A stretch of DNA of 64,000 nucleotides from Mobula hypostoma (lineage: Eukaryota). The first letter of the stretch is position 1. Every line of letters starts with the position of its first letter. Position numbers and translations under genes: made by a program. The notes beneath the pieces were generated by a model. That model worked only from the letters and a program-made list of their open reading frames with translations. It did not search any database and was not told the DNA's origin. Location of the stretch: positions 101,372,001-101,436,000 of the forward strand of contig NC_086097.1 of the NCBI RefSeq assembly GCF_963921235.1, read 5' to 3'. Shown one piece after another: positions 53,711 through 64,000 of this stretch.

Positions 53711-54390
53711 TCTCTGCTCCTAAATTCCTCATTTCTGCTTCCAGGTTCTCCTCTTTGCTCCCAAATGCCTAGTGCTTCTCGCCATGTCCTGCCACTGGTC
53801 ACTGCTCCCTATGTGACTCCCTACTCCTCAGTGTCGTTTCCTGTTTCCACTTCACCACCACAGGGCTGGTGTCACGATGCTGATGAGAGTCCTGCTCCCT
53901 GCTCCTAATGCCACTCCCTGTTCCTTGGTCCTGTTCCCCAATTCCCTAGTGTTATTTCCAACTCATTGCCCCAAACTCACCAGTGCCTCAGGCTGTACCT
54001 CCTGATTGTACCCTTTGTTGTTCCTTGCAACTCTCTGGCACCTCACCCCTTCCTCCCCGGGCCAATCAGCTTTTCTGTGTGACCCAGAATATTGCATCCC
54101 ATGCTGCTCAACATTAAATATTCTCTGGGGGAGGTGGGCTTCACAGAAGAAACAGGCCATTCAGCCCTCTGCCACTCTGCTGTTCTTTCTGCACACCTTA
54201 TCCGGTGCAAGCGATTTCCAGCATGGACAATGGCTGGAGGGTCTGGTTCCATGCCGTGTTACACTACAGCTCCCCTGAATTTATCCAAACTCTCCCGAAA
54301 CCCTTCAACCTCTTGCTCAACTTCTCCTTGTGGCAGCAAGCTCAAACCTTTCCCATTCCCTGGGTCAGGATGTAATCTGGATTTCATAGT

Positions 54391-54590
54391 CAGCAACACA
54401 CAAGATGCTGGCGATAGTCAATAGGTAATGGAGCACCTGCAGAGGGAAATGGCCGGGTTGAGACCCTCCATCTCAGTCTAGATGACCCAAAACATCAACT
54501 GCAATTACCCCTTGAAAGAGGCTGCCTGGACCATTAAGCTCTTCCTGTGTGTTGCTCCAGATTCCAGCATCCGTGGTCTGCCGTGCCTCT
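54391..54590. mobile_element. Inverted pair of Penelope-like terminal relics
   Basis: AGCAACACACA (54392-54402) and TGTGTGTTGCT (54546-54556) are exact inverted repeats. The left half is the reverse complement, and the right half the forward copy, of the element type at 50712. Confidence 0.5.
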
Positions 54591-55231
54591 GGATTTAATA
54601 ACAGCTTTGTTATATTTACAGTCCCCCAATCCACACCACACAGCAGAAACCACAGCGGCCCGTGGCAAGTGAGAGGGAGGTGCCAGGCTGGAACTGAGGG
54701 GCTTTATACTACAGTCCACGGTTGGGTGAAGAGATGTTCCACGTTCTAACAATAAGTACATTCCCACACAACATGCCGACATCGAGTATTGCCGTTATAA
54801 GATCTGCAGTGATCAGTGAGAGGAACATCATAAAGACAGGATCAAGGGGACAAGCACTGAACTACATTTACAGCATGGGTCTATTTATAGAAAGTCATTT
54901 AAACAAAAAAAAAGTTAATATGCTTTTCATCTTTGCTGAGTAGCACTGTGTGAGGCAGGAGACTGTTGGCTGAATCTTAGTTTGTGCTGAAGGGAGACGT
55001 CATTGTGCTGTGGGTGAAGCTATTGATTGATAAATGTAGTGAGTCACTCATCTGCTCTGGTCAACTCATTCACAGAGATAAAGTATTCTGTCTGATTGAA
55101 AACACACTGCAATTTTACAGATGACATTTAGAAAGCTCAATCATTAAACCTCAGTTTAGGTGGAATAATTTAGCATAAGCTTTTCCCTAAAAATGGTCAG
55201 AATCATTGGATTCTCGGGCCTTGGCCATGAA

Positions 55232-55270
55232 GCCAAACCAAAACCAAAACCAAAGCCAAAACCAAAACCA
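55232..55270. repeat. (CCAAAA)n microsatellite
   Basis: CCAAACCAAAACCAAAACCAAAGCCAAAACCAAAACCA is directly visible. Confidence 0.85.
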
Positions 55271-55294
55271 ATTGATGGAAGCTTGAAACAATGT

Positions 55295-55690
55295 CAAACA
55301 TTTCTGGAAAGACTCAGTTGATTAAGCAACACCTGTGGAGAGAGGAACAGAGGTAATGTATCATGTCGGACATGAAGTGCAGAGCAGATGGGGTGAGAAG
55401 TGGGCCAGCCCTGCATTGGTCTATCTCAGTAGCCTTTCATCAGGAAGATTATTGAGCCAAAACACAGACTCCACTCCTTCATAGACGCTGCCTGACAGGA
55501 TGAACGCTTCCTTTCCTAGCTCACTGTCTGTTGACATTATCCAGGACTAACTGCCTAAACGAGGTCAGGAAGATGTAAAGCTTGTCATATCAGATGAGAA
55601 ATAGCAAGTTGTTTTTGTTCTGACAAAGGGTCTCTTGATCTGCTGAAGATTTCCAACATTTTCTGTTCTTATCGACTTCCAGCTTTTTTT
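55295..55690. mobile_element. Cluster of highly decayed Penelope-like terminal relics, both orientations
   Basis: Minus copy at about 55295-55445 (CCTGATGAAAGG on minus at 55433-55444). Plus copies near 55455-55515 (CATAGACGCTGCCTGAC) and 55620-55690 (CTGACAAAGGGTCTC...TGCTGAAGATTTCCAACATTTTCTG). Confidence 0.4.
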
Positions 55691-56879
55691 AAATTTTCAG
55701 TCTGATTTTGTACCAGACGTTTTTTTATCTTTCATGAACTCTAATTTTACAGAACAGGCTGTGTTTTGTGCCACATAACCTGGACCACAGTAGCAGGACT
55801 GGATATTACCCAAGGGGAATGGCTGTTGATTTCAGCCAGAGGCCAACATCACCACGTTTCCGACACACTGGAGAATGCGAACGAGCTCCTCGTTCTTTCC
55901 TGAGAGATACTACCTTTCAGATAGTCACTCCTGCCAGTCCTGGTCTGTCACCCTCCTTCAGATACTGACAGAACACGCACAGTCTAGTCAAGGAGTGATC
56001 TGAAGCTTCTTACAAACTGAAAATATTCAGATGAAACAGTCCGTGAGTAAACCTCTCACCCACCGTGTGTAATGAGCCTCTGCACAGCCACTGATCCCTA
56101 AACCACCTACCAATGTCAAAGAAAGAAACCAGCCTTAAAGAAGAGAAGCATCAATTACAAAAGTCTTGTTCCGATACTCCTTTGTAAAGTTATTGCATTA
56201 GTGCCGCAGCCAACTGCTCGGAAGCAGATTATATTTATGTCATACCTTTCATGACCTTCGCAAACAAAGCACTGATAAACTGAGCGTGAACACTTCCAAA
56301 GTGGGTCTCTGGCTGTGGAGAACTCTAGGTCATCAGAAATGGCCTCCTTCTCTGTGACTGTGAGGCAGAATGGTTCATTGAAGCCAGCCAGTTCATGGGC
56401 TGGAAGGTGCCGGCAATAGCCAGATGATGTGGGCAGGGTCAAGAAGGTGCCAAGTGGCTGCTCCTTCAGGCTGAACTGCAAACAGCAGCCTAATTCATCT
56501 CTTTAAAGTCTCTTTGTTTCCTTCTCAAGGTGGTGGGGGTTCTACTGAGGTCCTGATCTGCAAGTGGCACTCAGGCTGTGTGTTTTTTTTTTATGATGGA
56601 TGAGTTCCTGTTCCTGGAGCTCATTCTCCAGATAACGGCTTGGAAAATGGCTCCTTCGGTTTACGGCCCTGTGGTTGACCAATTCCAGGCTGGTGTTGCT
56701 GACTTAGGCGTTGCGGGAGCTGGAACGACAGGATTTCATGGTGGCAGATGTATGGAAAAGTGACATGGCAGACTGTAATATTATAACAGCGACCGTCAGT
56801 CTCTCCTTTCACTGTGAAAATGGGTGAAATCTCTCTCTGCCTTGTTAGTGAGAGAGAGAGAGCCTGTGGCGTGCTGTCA

Positions 56880-57172
56880 GGTAAACTATAGCTTTTGATG
56901 ACTGCAGATCATGATCTCTCTTTTGGGTGCTTTGCTGTTGCTTGGTGGGTGCTGGGTGCTGGGTGCTGAAATGGGCCGGGAGAGGGAGAGGTTGTTGCAT
57001 CTTGCATGGGGGTGGGGAGAGGGAGGGGGGCTTTGGGGTTCTAATGATTGCCCTGTCGTTTATTCTTTCGGGGGTCTTCTGTGTTTCATGGATGTCTGTG
57101 AAGAGAAGTATTTCAGCGTGTATACTGTATAGAGTCTCTGATAATAAACAGAATCATATGAAGCATTTGAAC
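56880..57172 (+). mobile_element. Non-coding element ending in a Rex1/Babar-type 3' tail (5' boundary uncertain)
   Basis: Ends AAGTATTTCAGCGTGTATACTGTATA...TGATAATAAA...TTTGAAC, similar to the tails at 40400-40463 and 63530-63588. The G/T-rich body has no coding motifs. Confidence 0.45.
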
Positions 57173-57239
57173 ATGATCCACAGACCACCCTCTCCCACTC
57201 CTCAAGAACGTCCACCAGGGGTTAGAGCAGCCAAGGTCT

Positions 57240-57728
57240 CGAGGTACTGTGTAGAGCATTCTGACAGGCTGCATCACCATGTGGTGTGGGGGTGGGGGGT
57301 GGGCTACTGCACAGGATAGAAAGAAGCTACGAAGAGTTGTAAAACTAGCTCCATCTTGGGCACTAGCCTCTGTAGTACCCAAGACATCTTCTGGGAGTGA
57401 TGCCTCAGAAAGGCAGCGTCCATTATTAAGGACCCCCACCACTCAGGACGTGCCCTTTTCTCACTGTTACAGTCAGGAAGGAGGTACAGAAGCCTGAAGG
57501 CACACTCGCAGCGATTCAGGAACAGCTTCTTCCCCTCTGCCATCCAAAGGCCATTGAACCCATGGACGCTACACTTTTTAAATTATTTCTGTTTTTGCAC
57601 TATTTTTAATTTAATTACTTAATATACATATATACATAATGTAATTCATGTATTTTTTTATATTTATCATGTATTGCAATAAGTCAACAAATTTCACGAC
57701 ATATGCTGGTGATTTTAAACCTGATTCT
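57240..57728 (+). mobile_element. Rex1/Babar LINE 3' fragment
   Basis: Reads SILTGCITMW, AQDRKKLRRVVK, IIKDPHH, LFSLLQSGRRYRSLK and RFRNSFFPSAI. Tail AATTTCACGACATATGCTGGTGATTTTAAACCTGATTCTG. Confidence 0.85.
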
Positions 57729-57984
57729 GTTGCAAAACCCTTTCCAAGAGAGAGCAACTCCACACGGCAACAGAGTGCCAAACGTCCAGGTGGTCAGCTG
57801 GGAGTGTGGAGCCCATTCCACTTTGTTAGCTGGGTCTTGCATTTAAAAACTGGGGAAGAATGGTTGACCCAGGGAATTTGCTGTTCAGGATTGGGATTGG
57901 CCACTGGATGTGTGGTCCTTTAAGTGTATCCTTCTTGCAATGTCTTGGCCTGGATTTAATCAACTGTCTGTCACTGTCTCGCCT

Positions 57985-58155
57985 CTGCCTGTAAGGAGTC
58001 CGTATGTTCTCCCCGTGACGGTGTGGGTTTCCTCCATTTTCCCTGGTTTCCTCCCACAGTCGAAAGATGCACCGGTTGGTCAGTTGTAAACTGTCCCATG
58101 ATTAGGCTAGGGTTAAATTGGGGTTGCTCGGCGGTGTGGCTCAAAGGGCTGGGAG
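57985..58155 (+). mobile_element. V-SINE fragment (head missing)
   Basis: CTGTAAGGAG...GTGGGTTTCCTCC...GGTTTCCTCCCACAGTCGAAAGA...ATTAGGCTAGGGTTAAATTG, same family as 36530-36828. Confidence 0.8.
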
Positions 58156-58441
58156 ACATAATAAAAATAAAACTGGCTGACAGGACAAGGCTCTAGTCTG
58201 GGCCTTCCACAGCTGCTGTGTGATCGTCCGATGGGACAAGGCTGCCGTGTGAAGTGGCAGGTAGATCACACAACAGGAAAACATCCTCATAATATTCCGC
58301 TCTGGAGGCTGAGGAATACTCAGATGCAGTGTGTAGAGAGAGAAAACTGGGGCCAACTTTCATCTCTCAAGAGGCTGGAAGGATCCCACCAGTGATTTCT
58401 AGACAAGAACATCTATTGAAGAGGAAGGATTTCTTGCTGTT

Positions 58442-58536
58442 TCTGGTACAAGGTTTCAGTCCGAAACGTTGACAGTTCCTTTTCGCCCTGTAGATGCTGC
58501 TCGACCTGCTGCTTTCCTCCAGCAGCAGATTGTTTG
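58442..58536 (+). mobile_element. Penelope-like terminal relic
   Basis: AGGTTTCAGTCCGAAACGTTGAC...TAGATGCTGCTCGACCTGCTGCTTTCCTCCAGC; the GAAAC half of the hammerhead-like core is retained. Confidence 0.5.
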
Positions 58537-58804
58537 ATGATCATGTCAAAAAGTTATGAAGCAATGTCAATAGAAACAAATGAATTAAAAATCTGTACCT
58601 CCAGCAAAGTTACACTGATTGTCTGCTGTCTGAAGCATGAAGGCACAGAGTAGCCTCAACACCTAGACACAACCGTTTTGATGACACTCACACAACCATT
58701 GCTATTCACAGTGCCCCGTGGTCCATGTGCATTCTCAGAGCTCCAAGACAGACCCTTTACAGGTAAGTACATCCGTCCCTCCTCCACGTACAAACAATAG
58801 CTCT

Positions 58805-59560
58805 CAGGAAGTGGCAACACAGGTAGACAGGGAGTATAGAAGGCAACTGGCGTTCTTGCCTTCCCTTTATCAGAGGGAACACTGAGTGTAAAAGTTAGAA
58901 GTCACCTTGCAGCTGTAAAAGGCTTTAATTAGGCCATATCTGGAGCTTTGTGTGCCATTTTGGGCAATGCATTACAGGAAAATACAAAGTGGTTTTGGAG
59001 AGTGTGTAGAAGAGGAACAAGCTGCCGGGGAAGTGGGTGGGGCCCGTACAATGGTATCATTCAAGAAGCAATTGGATAGGTACAGGGATGAGGTGAGCTT
59101 AGAGGGATATGAGCCGAATGCAGGAAATTGGGAGCAGCTGGTTGGGCACAATGGCTGGTATGCACTCAGTGGGTCAAAGGGCCTGTATTGCCCTATGACT
59201 GTAAACGGGGTTCACCAGGATTATAAAGTATTAGCTATAAGAGGAGTTCAGACAACTTGGATTATTTTCTCTGGAGAGTTTGCGACCGATGGGAGATCTG
59301 ATAGAAAGATATAAAAAAGATAAGAGGTATAGATAATGTAGACAGTCAAACTGTTTATCCCGGTGGGGTGGGGGGGAAGAATGTCAAATACCAGAGAACG
59401 GTAGGTGCTTAAGGGGGTGGTGCAATAACAATGCTCAGCAGGCATTTAAACAGACAGGAAATGGAGGGATAGAGACCATGTTCAGGCAGACGTTCATTTA
59501 ACATCGGCATCCTGGTTGGTACAGACATCATGGGCTGTTCCTGGACTGTTCTGTTTTGGA
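58805..59560 (+). mobile_element. Decayed CR1 3' fragment containing a second nested CR1 3' end (about 59015-59205)
   Basis: ALIRPYLELCVPFW...GAAGAGG breaks at about 59015 and resumes at GGTTCACCAGG (about 59209). The insert reads SFKKQLDRY and has its own AAGGGCCTGT tail. Confidence 0.75.
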
Positions 59561-60091
59561 TTCCCTCACAGAGTCTGAATCCTCACCCAGCCTCCGATAA
59601 ACCTGCCATTCAGAGCTGATCCAGGCAGCCTTACACTCCCAGGGATTGCCAGGCTCTTTGCGCACTGCTCCATGTTGCATCTTTGCCAGGAGAGTGATTT
59701 TGGGTCAGTACTGTATTTTTAGTCACAGCTAATAACTAAAGAAATAGTACGTTTTGTAGGGCACGTCACAGGAGGCTGGCTGGTAGATGTTCCAAGGTTG
59801 TTTAAGTTAAAACTTTCGACGACTGACAGTGGAGGAACTGAGGGTCTGGCTGAGCAACGGAATTGAGACTTGGTCATAGATGGGGGACCTTGTTCACGCT
59901 GAGGGATATGTCCCATCACAAATAGAGCCCTAGCATCAAGTGAAACAGTCCCCTCCTTCCCACAGAAACTGACAAGGCACTGAATATGACAAAAAAAAAT
60001 CTGTGAGGGGAACTCAGCAGACAGCAGCAGCTCTGGGGGAAGAGGAATTGGGTTGAAATCCAGCATGAGGACCACAACACCTGCTGAGTAT

Positions 60092-60284
60092 CCCAGTGCC
60101 GGTCAGTACCCGCTGAGAGTCCCAATGCCGGTCAGTACCCGCTGAGAGTCCCAGTGCCGGTCAGTACCCGCTGAGAGTCCCAATGCCGGTCAGTACCCGC
60201 TGAGAGTCCCAGTGCCGGTCAGTACCCACTGAGAGTCCCAATGCCGGTCAGCACCCGCTGAGAGTCCCAGTGCCGGTCAGTACC
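60092..60284. repeat. 29-bp tandem repeat, 6.6 units, organised as a 58-bp dimer
   Basis: CCCA(G/A)TGCCGGTCAGTACCCGCTGAGAGT starts at 60092, 60121, 60150, 60179, 60208, 60237 and 60266 with strict G/A alternation. Confidence 0.97.
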
Positions 60285-60945
60285 TGATCACAATCAAGGA
60301 TGCTGGTTGGCCCATTCTTCTGGTTCAAGTTTGTTTATTGTTATAGACAGGGTATAAATGCCAGGAAAATTAGCAGCAATACACAAGGTACAACCCCCCC
60401 CCCACCTACTTAACTGACCTCAAGAGTCAATCTTACTTGAAGGTGTAAATCAGCTGGGGCTGTGCATTTTAGGGATGTATCAGTAGGATCAAACTGGTTG
60501 AGAGCAATGAGGTAAGTAAAGGAAAGGATTGTGAACAACCATTCTTCCATTTAAACAGTTAAGGGAGAGTCAGGGGCTGAAAATTGGTTGCAAAGGCAGC
60601 TATGATCGTTTGTTAGAAAAAGGTGCACATCCCAGAGAGTAGTCAAAGTCCAGAATGGGATTGCGCACTGGAAGCTGTTTGGCTGAATCCCTGAGGGAGA
60701 CTCATTTTGTACAAGCAGTAATGTGAACCTCTTCCCGAATGGAACAGCAGGAGAGAAGTCTCACCAAGCTCAGCCTGGATCTTTATCAGCTTCCCAAAGG
60801 AGTCAAGAAGTGTTATCTTGTGAAACACAATAGGTATTACGATAATTTGGATCATCATTATACCCCAAAACATCTGCTTGCACCTGCCCCTCCAAAGGGA
60901 ATTCCTGACCTGTGTTAGGAAACTTCTCATCTTCCTTTTAGATTT

Positions 60946-61296
60946 TGTGACCTGATAGAGGTGTACAAGGTAATGAGAGACATCGATCGTGTGGATAGTC
61001 AGAGGCTTTTTCCCAGGCCATAGTTTTAAGGTGCTTGGAAGTAGGTACAGAGGAGATGTCAGAGGTAAGTTTTTTATTTACGCAGAGAGTGGTGAGTGTG
61101 TGGAATGGGTTGCCGGCGACAGTGGTGGAGATGGATATGATAGGGTCTTTTAAGAGGCTCCTGGATAGGTACATGGAACTTAGAAAAATAGAGGGCTATG
61201 GGTAACCCTAGGTAATTTCTAAGGTAAGGACACATTTAACACACCTTTGTGGGCCAAAGGGCCTGTTTTGTGCTGTAGGTTTTCTATGTTTCTATG
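60946..61296 (+). mobile_element. CR1 LINE 3' end
   Basis: DLIEVYKVMRDIDRVD, TQRVVSVWNGLP and FKRLLDRYM, then the tail GGGCCTGTTTTGTGCTGTAGGTTTTCTATGTTTCTATG. Confidence 0.9.
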
Positions 61297-61539
61297 ATCA
61301 TCAGATTCTCTCCACCACAAATTCCTCACTAAATCACTTCAACAAGATCTCCAATTTAAAACATGTTTTAAAGAATACTCCCCTTAGATTGTCCAATTTA
61401 AGAAGAATAATTCCTTCTTCCTTAATCCTTCCACCCTCCTAGATCATATCTGCATTTTTTGGGACCATAGTATTACCATAGTGGGGAAATAAGAAATAGA
61501 TAATTTACCAAAGTGTCCCAAGTTTGGCTCAACATTCTT

Positions 61540-61842
61540 TTAAATTTTGGTTACCCTGCTATAGGAAATTTGCCTTTAAGCTGGAAAGACTGTAGAGAAG
61601 ATTAACCAACACATTGCTGGGACTTGAGAGACAGAGTTATGGAGAGAGGCTGAGTAGGTTAGAACTTTATTCATTGGACTGTACGGAAATGAGGGATGAC
61701 AGAGATTGCAAGTGGCAGAGAAAGAGTCTTTTTCCTGGGATTGGGGAATCTCGAACTAGAGGGTATTAGTTTAAGGTGAGAGAAGAAAGATATAATAGAA
61801 ACCTATGAGGCAACTTTTCCACGTAGAGAGTAGTCAGATTAC
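61540..61842 (+). mobile_element. Old CR1 3' ORF2 fragment
   Basis: FWLPCYRK, KLERL.RRLT, YGERLSRLELYSL and a GNFFTQRVV-like end, heavily decayed. Confidence 0.7.
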
Positions 61843-62581
61843 TGTTGGTAAACCCTAAAATCATGAAGAGCCATAACATCAACAGAACCCGGGGAGATCC
61901 AGGGTAGGATCTGTCCTCTGCTCGGGAAGGTCAACCAACGTCACTACTTCATGGGAGTTATCCTGAGTAGAAAAGGGACCAATAGATGACTCAATCCTGG
62001 GAGTACTTGTAACACCTTCAAATTTAGCAGGACCTCACTGCATTCAATCCCTGTCCTAACTCCTCTATCAGTTGCCCAAAACCAAAGCCACATCCCAGGA
62101 GCGCGCACGCAGAGACTGGCCTCTGGCATGAGATGCTGGGAAGTTTAGTCATGCATCCCACTGGATCAGCACTCAGGGGAAGATGTAAGCAAACTGAGGC
62201 CAGAAAAGTTGAACTTTCCTTTATCTTAGGCATTACTTGCATCTCACTGGACTGCAGAACTTGTGGCTTCAGACTCTAAATACAGAGAGAGAGGCACTGC
62301 TGCAGTGCAGTGCAAATGCTGTACTACCAGAATTACCATCTTACAAACACACCATCAGACTGCTCATGTGAAGGGTAGGGCAGATCTCTGCCAGGGTCTG
62401 GTCAATGTTCACCCCCTGCACCCTCTCACTACAAAGCTAAACAGACACACCTCTAGTGCTGTATGCCTGTGATGCTGCTGAAAATCCCTTTTGTACACGT
62501 ACTTGTGCATCTGACAACAAACTCTGCTTTGACCCACTGAGCTCTTGCTGAAGCACAGGTCTTTGAGGTTCCCATTATTCA

Positions 62582-62710
<129 letters not shown>

Positions 62711-62846
62711 TCATGGTTTGAAATACCTTTAAATTGTGCTGAATTACATGAAGCTGCCTTCTGATAGGACTACGAATGAGGTCCTATTGTGCTCGAGTCA
62801 ATAACATCTGAGCTGGAGCTTGCTGGTGCAGGATAAACAATTTATC

Positions 62847-63250
62847 TTCAAAGTTTCAAAGTACATTCATTATCAAAGTATATATATATTATGCAACCTT
62901 GAGATCCATCTGCTTACAGACAGCCACAGAACAAGAAACCCAAAAGGGCCCAACTTTAAAAAAAAGACCAACACCCAATGCACAGAGAAAGAGGAAAAAA
63001 ACACAAATCATGCAAAAAATAAAAGCAAGCAGCAGCATTCTGAACCAGATTGAGTCCATAGACCTGGAGCAGGCCCATAACCTCAGTCTCAGCAGGGCAA
63101 ATGGCCACCAGCCGGCAGACAGGAAGCCTGGGGCGGCCGGAGCAGTGTCACAGCCTCAGCACTGTGGAGAGAGGAGTAAGCGTCAAGCAGAACCGGTGCG
63201 GCCCTCACCTCCGGTCCCAAAACCCTGCCTTTCCAGTCTATCTGGGCCAA
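62847..63250 (-). mobile_element. Non-coding element with a Rex1/Babar-type 3' tail (5' boundary uncertain)
   Basis: TTCAAAGTTTCAAAGTACATTCATTATCAAAGTA...CAACCTTGAGAT is the reverse complement of the shared tail. Confidence 0.5.
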
Positions 63251-63354
63251 CATAATATGTAATACACGCAGTTAAACCTACCCCAGCATGCGAAAATGGT
63301 CAGCCTCAAGCTGTCCAGGTGGCCTAGTGGTCCTGGAGAGGATGAAGAGGAAGT

Positions 63355-63588
63355 TCATTGAAACTGAACTGAATATGCCCAGACTCTTGCAATTGTGTGT
63401 TTTTCACTCATCTTTTTTGCCGTTGGAGTGATTTTATTTTGCACGTGGGGTTGGGGTTGGGGGTGGAGGGGAGGAGTTTGATGTTTTTCTTTGGATGGGC
63501 TCCATGGTTCTTGACTGCCTGCAGGGAAGGTGAATCTCGGGGTTGTATACTACATACATACTTGATAACAAAATGTACTTTGAATCTT
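63355..63588 (+). mobile_element. Non-coding element with a Rex1/Babar-type 3' tail
   Basis: Ends TGAATCTCGGGGTTGTATACTACATACATACTTGATAACAAAATGTACTTTGAATCTT. Confidence 0.5.
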
Positions 63589-64000
63589 AGAAAGAGTGGT
63601 CACAGATCAGTTCAACTGATAAGCTCTGGGTTTGGAGTGTTAGATTCCTGTTTGGCAAGGTTATCAACAGTTAAAGAAATGATAGGAAAGATTCCCAGGG
63701 TTTAACAGCCCAATCCTGTTCTCTCTAAGCCATTCCAAAACTATTTTGTTACCTATTTAAAAGTCAGTGAAAACATAAACGTTTTCTGTAATAGGCTAAT
63801 CCTTACCTTGGCTCTCTAATATTGTTTACACCTGCAGTACACGCTGTTGCTAAGTGCTGACTGGCATGTTAACCAGCTCTGTGCCACACCCCCCTACTGC
63901 CTTGCCCTCTGTCGCATTTGCTCAGAAACAAGACACACGTCCTGCTAAATATTGCACCTTTAAGTGGGGCACCAGCTGTGCTCAGCGGCCGTGCAGGGAA

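Overview
Eukaryotic, repeat-dominated window with no recognisable protein-coding host gene. The mix of CR1 and Rex1/Babar LINEs, V-SINEs and short Penelope-type ends suggests a cartilaginous fish, probably a ray or skate (inference from repeat families). Bases 1-35947 are one 44-bp tandem array of roughly 800 units. It runs off the left edge and is built from nested kb-scale duplications (offsets 1323, 2691, 2780, 3575 and 4199 bp). Its many + strand ORFs are artefacts of a stop-free unit. Bases 36-42 kb are nested retroposon debris: CR1 pieces split by a tRNA-Cys pseudogene/V-SINE block, a tRNA-derived SINE and an RT-less Rex1/Babar piece. Bases 42.06-50.65 kb are a C-rich minisatellite of about 27 bp with a CAC-N-GTG core. 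A 2.5-kb 5'-truncated, frameshifted CR1 follows on the minus strand. The remainder is unique sequence with short LINE/SINE/Penelope-like relics and two small dimeric minisatellites. The most notable observations are hairpin-restoring covariation inside the 44-mer, the layered duplication history of the array, CpG decay producing perfect RSS heptamers in the second array, a possible composite tRNA-Cys/V-SINE retroposon, and decayed hammerhead-like cores. No novel system is established; functional ideas are flagged as inference.
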